Assembly: GCA_944320495.1 (NCBI GenBank)
Contig: CALUHR010000012.1
Coordinates: forward strand, 1-11,848
Length of the DNA: 11,848 bases
Direction of reading: 5' to 3'
Source of the DNA: Candidatus Methanomethylophilaceae archaeon
GTDB lineage: Archaea; Thermoplasmatota; Thermoplasmata; Methanomassiliicoccales; Methanomethylophilaceae
This document shows, piece by piece, positions 1-6,310 of this stretch (the first letter of the stretch is position 1; each line of letters begins with the position of its first letter). The position numbers were made by a program, and so were the translations under genes. The notes beneath the pieces are model-generated. The model saw only the letters and a program-made list of their open reading frames with translations. It was not told the DNA's origin and made no database searches.

Positions 1-1395
1 CTGCTCGTTCTTGATCCTGTACTCGGTGATCTCCAGGTGGAGCTCTCCCATTCCGGACATCAGGTGCTCGCCGGTCTCGTTGTTGATCTCGATGTTCAGC
101 GAGGGGTCGGCCTTGGCGATGACCCTCAGGACCTCGACCAGCTTGGGGAGGTCGGCCATGTTCTTGGCCTCGATGGCCTTCGTGATGACGGGCTCGGAGT
201 AGTGGGTCATCTTCTCGAAGGGCTCCATGTCCTTGACGGAGGACACGGTGCTTCCGGCGATGGCGTCCTTGAGTCCGGTCAGCGCGACGATGTTTCCGGC
301 CTTACACTCCTCGATGGGGGTCCTGTCGGCTCCGACCATCAGGGCGACGGTCTGGACGCGCTGGGGCTGGGAGACACCGGAGATGTAGAGGGTCTGACCC
401 TTCCTGACGGTTCCGGAGAACAGCCTTCCGATGGCGATCTCTCCTGCCTGCTTGTCCATGATGATCTTGGTGACCATCATGGCGACCTCTCCCTTCGGGT
501 CGCAGTTCAGCATCTGCTTGCCGATAGTGGAGTCGAGGTCTCCCTTCCAGATGACGGGGATACGGACCTTCTGCGCGTCGGGCGGGCAGGGGATGTGGTT
601 GATGGCCATCTCCAGCGCGACGTCGGCGAGCGGGATCAGCTTGGCGAGCTCGGCCTGGCCTCCCTCGCGTCCGCAGTACTCGAAGACCTTGGTGAGGTTC
701 ATGCCGATCTTCTTGAGCTCGGGCCTCTGGAGGTAGGGGATGGACACGGCCCAGTTGTTGTAGGCGGACCCCAGGGCGACGGTTCCGTCCTGGAGGCTGA
801 CCTGCCACTGCTTGTTCAGCGGGGCGGGCAGGATGTCCATGATCTTCTGGTTGAACTCGGTGATGATCTTGGAGAACTTCTCGATCATCATCTGAGGGGT
901 CAGCTGCTGCTCGACGATGGCCCTGTCGACCTTGTTGATGAACAGCATGGGCCTGACCCTCTCCTTGAGGGCCTGCCTGATGACGGTCTCGGTCTGGGGC
1001 ATGATGCCCTCGACGGCGCAGCACAGAATGTACACACCGTCCAGCGCCCTCATGGCCCTGGTGACGTCCCCACCGAAGTCGACGTGTCCGGGGGTGTCGA
1101 TGAGGTTGACGAGATAGTGGTCGAGCTTGTTGGTCTCGGGATCCTTGTAGGGAACGACCATCGCGGCGGACGCCGCGTTGATGGTGATACCCCTGGCGGC
1201 CTCCTGCTCGTCGTAGTCCAGCAGGCGCTGCTCCCCGGCGGTCTCCGAGGACATCATGCCCGCTCCGGCGATCAGGTTGTCGGAGAAGGTGGTCTTCCCG
1301 TGGTCGATATGAGCTGCGGTTCCCAGGTTCCTGATGAGGTTCTGGTGGTTCATCAGCTCGACTGCTTTCTTTGCGTTGTCCTCTCTGCGTCCCAT
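1..1395 (-). CDS. fusA: Translation elongation factor 2 (aEF-2), N-terminal 465 codons; 3' end lies beyond the window
   Basis: Manual translation from ATG at 1395: MGRREDNAKKAVELMNHQNLIRNLGTAAHIDHGKTT...ARGITIN...NLIDTPGHVDFGGDVTRAMRA...FINKVDR...HLMSGMGELHLE. GTPase motifs are present, there is an AAGGTG SD-like site at 1403-1408, and it follows rps7. It is absent from the ORF track, presumably because there is no stop in the window. Confidence 0.98.
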   Translation of the reverse strand, partial: MGRREDNAKKAVELMNHQNLIRNLGTAAHIDHGKTTFSDNLIAGAGMMSSETAGEQRLLDYDEQEAARGITINAASAAMVVPYKDPETNKLDHYLVNLIDTPGHVDFGGDVTRAMRALDGVYILCCAVEGIMPQTETVIRQALKERVRPMLFINKVDRAIVEQQLTPQMMIEKFSKIITEFNQKIMDILPAPLNKQWQVSLQDGTVALGSAYNNWAVSIPYLQRPELKKIGMNLTKVFEYCGREGGQAELAKLIPLADVALEMAINHIPCPPDAQKVRIPVIWKGDLDSTIGKQMLNCDPKGEVAMMVTKIIMDKQAGEIAIGRLFSGTVRKGQTLYISGVSQPQRVQTVALMVGADRTPIEECKAGNIVALTGLKDAIAGSTVSSVKDMEPFEKMTHYSEPVITKAIEAKNMADLPKLVEVLRVIAKADPSLNIEINNETGEHLMSGMGELHLEITEYRIKNEQ

Positions 1396-1421
1396 GTCCA
1401 CACACCTTTCGGATTATGCGA

Positions 1422-2006
1422 TCATCTGGCGGACTGGGCGACCCTCTCCATCTCCTCTTTCTTGGCGACGGAGTAGGAGGTGATGTCACCCTTCGCGGCG
1501 AGCATGAGCTCGTCGGCGAGGCACTCGTAGATCGGCTTCTTGTTCTTCTGGGAGGCGGAGACGACACCGGTGCTCAGGTTGCGGAGAGCGATGTCGAGCC
1601 TCCTCTGGGGAGCGACGTCGACAGCCTTCGGGACGGAGATTCCTCCGAACTGGAGCCTGGTGACCTCCTCCCTGGGGGCGGCGTTCTCGAGGCACTCGAC
1701 GAGGACCTGGATGGGGTTCTTCTTCGTCTTGGCCGCGACGATGTCGAAGGCCTGGGACACGGTCTTGTACGCCTTCATCTTCTTGCCGGTGTACTTCTCG
1801 GTCCTCATGATGTTGTTGATCAGCCTCTCGACGATGCTCAGCCTGGACTTCCCGAACCACCTGTTGGCGTGCTTTCCGCCGGAGTGGGGGACGTTGGTGG
1901 GCGTCAGGTCGATGTATTTGGCGAGACCCCCGTCCTGGACGACGACATCCGAGGTGTCGTACTTTCCGAAGATGAGGGCTTTCTGAGCTACGAGTTCGTC
2001 TGCCAT
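1422..2006 (-). CDS. rps7: 30S ribosomal protein uS7 (archaeal type), 194 aa
   Basis: MADELVAQK...RWFGKSRLSIVERLINNIM...NPIQVLVECLENAAPREE...AVDVAPQRRLDIALR...CLADELMLAAKGD...KKEEMERVAQSAR. Start at ATG 2006 just after the rps12 stop (alternative ATG 2015). The longer ORF to 2243 overlaps rps12 out of frame. Confidence 0.97.
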   Translation of the reverse strand: MADELVAQKALIFGKYDTSDVVVQDGGLAKYIDLTPTNVPHSGGKHANRWFGKSRLSIVERLINNIMRTEKYTGKKMKAYKTVSQAFDIVAAKTKKNPIQVLVECLENAAPREEVTRLQFGGISVPKAVDVAPQRRLDIALRNLSTGVVSASQKNKKPIYECLADELMLAAKGDITSYSVAKKEEMERVAQSAR

Positions 2007-2011
2007 TGTAA

Positions 2012-2440
2012 TCATCTCACGGGCTTGTCGGTCTTGCCCTTGACCATCATGTCGAGGGACACGTTGTTGACCTTGATGACCTTGTAACGGACTCCGGGGA
2101 TATCTCCGTAGGACCTTCCCATCCTTCCGCCGATACCCTCGACCATGACCTCGTCGTGCTCGTCGATGAAGTTGATGGCTCCGTCTCCGACGGCGAACGC
2201 GGTGATCTGGCGTCCGTTCTTGATAAGCTGGACCTTCACGCACTTCCTGATGGCGGAGTTGGGCTGCTTGGCCTCGATACCGACCTTCTCCAGGACGATG
2301 CCGCGAGCCTGGGCGGATCCCTCGAGGGGATCGGACTTCTCCCTCAGCTTGAGGACCCTCTTCTTGTGACCCCTGTCCAGCCAGCGGAATTTCTGGCGGT
2401 CAGTCTTCATTTTCCTTGCGGTGTACAGACCGTTTCCCAC
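2012..2440 (-). CDS. rps12: 30S ribosomal protein uS12 (archaeal/eukaryal S23-type), 142 aa
   Basis: [10 protein letters not shown]...[30 protein letters not shown]...[16 protein letters not shown] start preceded by a GAGGTGA Shine-Dalgarno (2445-2451). Confidence 0.98.
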   Translation of the reverse strand: MGNGLYTARKMKTDRQKFRWLDRGHKKRVLKLREKSDPLEGSAQARGIVLEKVGIEAKQPNSAIRKCVKVQLIKNGRQITAFAVGDGAINFIDEHDEVMVEGIGGRMGRSYGDIPGVRYKVIKVNNVSLDMMVKGKTDKPVR

Positions 2441-2536
2441 TTTTTCACCTCGTCGACTTTTGTTTTCAGCGATTGTGACGTCGATGGCGCGACCTATGGT
2501 CGAACCTCTAATGCTGACGTGGCTAGCGTAATCTCC

Positions 2537-2547
2537 TATTTAAAAAA
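2537..2547 (-). promoter_or_regulatory. TATA box of the rps12-rps7-fusA operon
   Basis: Minus strand TTTTTTAAATA, about 100 bp upstream of the rps12 start; matches the archaeal TTTAWATA consensus. Confidence 0.7.
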
Positions 2548-2571
2548 TCTCACTGAACAGGTTTCCCCTGC

Positions 2572-2609
2572 CCTCTCCCCATACTTATTATCAGTAGAAT
2601 GGGGAGAGG
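2572..2609. repeat. Perfect 11-bp inverted repeat (stem-loop); possible terminator or operator
   Basis: CCTCTCCCCAT (2572-2582) and ATGGGGAGAGG (2599-2609) with a 16-bp AT-rich spacer, between the stop of the 607-aa gene and the rps12 promoter. The repeat is certain; its function is not. Confidence 0.75.
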
Positions 2610-2619
2610 ATGGCCGGGA

Positions 2620-4443
2620 TCAGCTGAAGTCTGCGAATGCCTTTATCAACTTCTCCGAGCTGACGGTACGCAGCTCGGGATTCATCCTCACGATCTGGGA
2701 GTGCCACTTCCTGATCTCCGAGGGGTTGCCCTTGCCGTTGGCCATCAGGCCGTCGGGCAGGGGTATGCGCTTCTCCTTGCTCACATAGAGCCATACGTCT
2801 CCCATGTCGTCCCTGAGCAGGAAGGGCAGGTCCCTTATGGACACGGTCTCCACGGATATCTCCTTCCCGTTGCGGATCTCTGCCACCTCGGCCGAGATGG
2901 CCTTCATGGGCACCGGCACCCTGTTGTCGCCCTGCACCAGCGCGACGGTCTCGACCGTCTTGTCCAGGTTGAAGATGCGGCACACGTGCTCGCCGGATCC
3001 GCGGACGTTGACGCGTATCTCCCCTGCGGAATGCGAGATCTCGGTGTCCGCCGGGTTGACGAAGGTCAGGAACCTCCTGACGGGGCACGAGTTCACGGTG
3101 ATGAAGAGCGATGCGGACCTGGTGGACGACTCGAATACAGCATCCTCGATGACCGAGGCGTCCAGCCTGATGGCGTCGTCCTCCCACTCCGGGGTGATGT
3201 TGGACTTCTTCCCCGTGGCGGTGTTGCCGAGGAAGAGCGCCTTCTTGGAGGCGTTCCTGACTGTGACGACTATCGAGTCGCCGAGTGAGTCCACCTCCAC
3301 CTCCGACTCCCCGAACGGGACCTCCCCCGATCCGAGGTCATAGGTCACGACAGGTATGTTCCAGGCAAGCCTGACCTCCTCCCCTCCGACATCCAGGGGA
3401 TCGTCGAGCCCCTCGTAGATGCTCCTGCGGACGTCCTTCCCGTCCGCCGTCACGTCGATGTACTCGGACTCCTGGATGTCCCCCTTGCCCTGGTACGAGC
3501 AGGAGAACCCAGGGATCACGTAGAACGACGCGGAGGCCAGCTTCTTGCCGTCCTTCACGACGCTGATGTCGGTCCTCCCGGCGGCCGGGACGGACGACGG
3601 GTCGAACCCCTCCATCGGGACCTCCTCGCCGTTGAGCCAGAGGACGCACTCGGACTCGTCGGCGTCCTTCAGGGAGAACGACACCGCGGGGGCGGTTGCG
3701 TATATCGGGAGCAGGGACTTGCCGTCCCTCACGGACGCCACCGTCTCCGCCGGCTGGAGGTCGATGCGGGCCGCCGGCTTGAGCTTCTGCTTCTTGACCG
3801 GCTCCTTCGGCTTCTCCTCCTCCGTCTTCCTCTCGGCGGGCTGGGGCCTGTCCCTCACACGGATGTACCCGCCCTTGGCGACCTCCACGGTCGCGATCGT
3901 GAGGTCTCCGACATCTGTGGACGCGGCGACCTTGGCGTCTCCGAGCCACAGGTGCTTCCCCTTCGGATAGAGGACCACGGTGTCGTCGGCGGCCCTGCTG
4001 ATGGGCATGCCGTCCGAGTCGAACATCATGGACCCGTGAGCGAAGACCTCGTAGACCTTCCTGCCGTCGATCTCCAGGACGAACGCGTCGAGAGGGGACA
4101 CGCCGGCTGCGAGCAGGTCGAACTCGGTGGGCAGCGACGAGAGCCCGCCGTCCAGCGGGGACACCTTGAGCTGGCCGAGCTCTATCCTCCTGCCGCCCTG
4201 CTCCACGGAGGCGGCGTATTTCGCGCCCTTCCCTCCGTCGTAGCGCGGGACGAACAGCAGCACGGAAGTTCCGCGAACGTTGAGCTTCGGCCTTCCGCGG
4301 GCGAACCCGGAGCCGTCGATGTCCGAGGTCTTGGCCTCGGCATCCTGGCCCTCCGCAGGCTTTGGGCGCTCCCGCTTCGCTGATGACTTCTTCCCCAGGA
4401 AGAACTCGTCGAAACTCATATCGGAAATGTCCCTGCCTGCCAT
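2620..4443 (-). CDS. Uncharacterised protein, about 607 aa, predicted beta-strand-rich and multi-domain
   Basis: Long ORF with G/C-ending codon bias like the housekeeping genes. Likely start ATG 4443 (MAGRDISDMSFDEFF), about 34 bp downstream of an AATTATA box. The ORF-track extension to 4587 lies in intergenic-looking sequence. No family recognised. Confidence 0.85.
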   Translation of the reverse strand: MAGRDISDMSFDEFFLGKKSSAKRERPKPAEGQDAEAKTSDIDGSGFARGRPKLNVRGTSVLLFVPRYDGGKGAKYAASVEQGGRRIELGQLKVSPLDGGLSSLPTEFDLLAAGVSPLDAFVLEIDGRKVYEVFAHGSMMFDSDGMPISRAADDTVVLYPKGKHLWLGDAKVAASTDVGDLTIATVEVAKGGYIRVRDRPQPAERKTEEEKPKEPVKKQKLKPAARIDLQPAETVASVRDGKSLLPIYATAPAVSFSLKDADESECVLWLNGEEVPMEGFDPSSVPAAGRTDISVVKDGKKLASASFYVIPGFSCSYQGKGDIQESEYIDVTADGKDVRRSIYEGLDDPLDVGGEEVRLAWNIPVVTYDLGSGEVPFGESEVEVDSLGDSIVVTVRNASKKALFLGNTATGKKSNITPEWEDDAIRLDASVIEDAVFESSTRSASLFITVNSCPVRRFLTFVNPADTEISHSAGEIRVNVRGSGEHVCRIFNLDKTVETVALVQGDNRVPVPMKAISAEVAEIRNGKEISVETVSIRDLPFLLRDDMGDVWLYVSKEKRIPLPDGLMANGKGNPSEIRKWHSQIVRMNPELRTVSSEKLIKAFADFS

Positions 4444-4476
4444 TGTCTCACTTGTCCGACCCCATGACATAGGGGG

Positions 4477-4483
4477 TATAATT
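4477..4483 (-). promoter_or_regulatory. Putative TATA box for the 607-aa gene
   Basis: Minus strand AATTATA in otherwise GC-rich DNA, at promoter distance from ATG 4443. Confidence 0.45.
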
Positions 4484-4652
4484 GATGTGCGCGGGATTGG
4501 ACGCCCGATCGTCGTCTGGCTAATCCGCACCTCGCAGCCAGAGGCCGAGGGGGCGGAACGGCCACAGGGGTGGCACCGGAACTCCATTCTGATACAGATG
4601 ATCTCGTTATAACCAATGATTCATACATTTGTCTAGCAAAACTCTGGTTTTC

Positions 4653-4666
4653 CAAATAATTATATC
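4653..4666 (+). promoter_or_regulatory. Putative BRE/TATA of pyrG (leaderless or very short leader)
   Basis: CAAATAATTATATC ends 27 bp before the pyrG ATG, and no SD is visible. Confidence 0.55.
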
Positions 4667-4693
4667 GAATTACATCAATTCATCCCTCCCGTT

Positions 4694-6310
4694 ATGAAGC
4701 TAATCTTCGTCAGCGGCGGGGTCATCTCGGGCCTCGGGAAAGGGATCACGGCATCCTCGATAGGACGCCTCCTCGAAGCCAGGGGGCTGAGGGTCTCCGC
4801 GATCAAGATCGACCCTTATCTGAACATAGACGCCGGGACCATGAACCCGTACGAGCACGGAGAGGTCTATGTGCTCGACGACGGGGGGGAGGTCGACCTG
4901 GACCTCGGGAACTACGAGAGGTTCATGGACCTCCACCTCACCCGCGACCACAACATCACCACCGGCAAGGTGTACCGCTCGGTCATCGACAACGAGCGCA
5001 GGGGCGACTACCTCGGCAAGACCGTCCAGATCATCCCGCACGTCACCGACGAGATCAAGCGCAGAATCACCTCCGTCGCCAGGGAGTCGGGGGCCGACGT
5101 CGTCATCGTCGAGCTGGGAGGCACGGTCGGGGACATGGAGTCCCTCCCGTTCCTCGAGGCCGCGAGACAGCTCGGCCGCGACCTGGGCAGGGAGGAGAAC
5201 GTCATGTTCGTCCACACCACCCTCATCCCGATAATGGGGTCCGTCGGCGAGGAGAAGACCAAGCCGACCCAGCACTCCGTCAAGGAGCTCATGTCCATCG
5301 GCATCAGGCCGGACATCATCGTCGGCAGATGCTCCGAGCCGGTGAGCGATGCGGCCAGGGCGAAGATCGCCATGTTCTGCGACGTCCCCGAGGAGGCCGT
5401 CATCTCCACGCCGGACGCCCGTTCGATCTACGAGGTCCCGCTGAACCTGGAGAGACAGGGTGTGGCCGACCTGATCATCGACAGGATGAGGCTCCGCCCC
5501 ATGACCTCCGGGAGGGACATGGGGTCCTGGGAGCGCTTCGTCGACCGCGTGGTCAACCCCGAGGGCATCGTCGAGATCGCGCTCGTCGGAAAGTACACCT
5601 CCCTGGCGGACTCCTACCTCTCCCACCTGGAGGCCTTCACCCACGCCGGCGCCGAGACCGGATGTCGCGTCAAGGTGAGGTTCGTGGACAGCGACGACCT
5701 CGTCCGCGGGAATCCTGAGGCGATCCTCGCCGGGGTCGACGGCGTCATCGTCCCCGGCGGCTTCGGCACCAGGGGCGTCGAGGGCATGATCGCGGCCGCC
5801 CGGTACGCCAGGGGGAACGGCGTACCGTTCCTGGGCGTTTGCCTGGGGTTCCAGATAGCGACCATAGAGATAGCCAGGGACGTCCTCGGGCTGGCACGTG
5901 CCACCAGCACCGAGTTCGACCCGGAGACGCCCGACCCCGTGATATGCATCATGGGCGAGCAGCTCGGGATAACCGACATGGGCGCCACCATGAGGCTGGG
6001 CGCCCAGGAGGTCGTGGTGGCCGAAGGGTCCAGGGCCCGCACCCTGTACGGGAAGGAGAGGATATCCGAGCGTCACAGGCACAGGTATGAGGTCAATCCC
6101 GAGTACATACCAAGGCTCGAAGCGGCCGGCTGGAGGTTCACCGGACGGTCGGAGTGCGGCACCAGGATGGAGATCGGGGAGCTCGAGGGGCACCCCTACT
6201 TCGTGGCATCCCAGTTCCATCCGGAGTTCAGATCCAGACCGGGAAAGCCGTCACCCCTCCATCTGGGGCTCGTCAGGGCCGCGATGGAGCGCAGGAACCC
6301 CGAGGACTGA
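4694..6310 (+). CDS. pyrG: CTP synthase (glutamine-hydrolysing), 538 aa
   Basis: [24 protein letters not shown]...[23 protein letters not shown]...[10 protein letters not shown]; glutaminase domain with PGGFG, GVCLGFQ (catalytic Cys), [10 protein letters not shown] and QFHPE. Confidence 0.99.
   Translation: MKLIFVSGGVISGLGKGITASSIGRLLEARGLRVSAIKIDPYLNIDAGTMNPYEHGEVYVLDDGGEVDLDLGNYERFMDLHLTRDHNITTGKVYRSVIDNERRGDYLGKTVQIIPHVTDEIKRRITSVARESGADVVIVELGGTVGDMESLPFLEAARQLGRDLGREENVMFVHTTLIPIMGSVGEEKTKPTQHSVKELMSIGIRPDIIVGRCSEPVSDAARAKIAMFCDVPEEAVISTPDARSIYEVPLNLERQGVADLIIDRMRLRPMTSGRDMGSWERFVDRVVNPEGIVEIALVGKYTSLADSYLSHLEAFTHAGAETGCRVKVRFVDSDDLVRGNPEAILAGVDGVIVPGGFGTRGVEGMIAAARYARGNGVPFLGVCLGFQIATIEIARDVLGLARATSTEFDPETPDPVICIMGEQLGITDMGATMRLGAQEVVVAEGSRARTLYGKERISERHRHRYEVNPEYIPRLEAAGWRFTGRSECGTRMEIGELEGHPYFVASQFHPEFRSRPGKPSPLHLGLVRAAMERRNPED

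Noticed and set aside
37-1476. 479-aa plus-strand ORF (also 302-1567, 1371-2087, 1540-1986)
   Set aside because: Antisense or out-of-frame shadows of fusA and rps7, expected with strong GC3 bias; composition is not protein-like.
4444-4587. N-terminal extension MEFRCHPCGR... with a CxxC for the orphan protein
   Set aside because: It has only one Cys pair, crosses the AT-rich TATA-like patch at 4477-4483 and shows weak codon bias; ATG 4443 fits better. Not fully excluded.
4480-4680. 9-bp inverted repeat AATTGATGT/ACATCAATT as possible MITE ends
   Set aside because: It does not extend, there is no target-site duplication, and a 9-bp match between AT-rich promoter patches is plausible by chance.
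4681-4693. C-rich initiation region of pyrG as a CTP-sensing start-site switch
   Set aside because: Pyrimidine-rich initiator regions are ordinary in archaeal promoters, and nothing further in the sequence supports it.
4700-6220. 506-aa minus-strand ORF opposite pyrG
   Set aside because: Antisense shadow of a highly conserved gene with no recognisable motifs.
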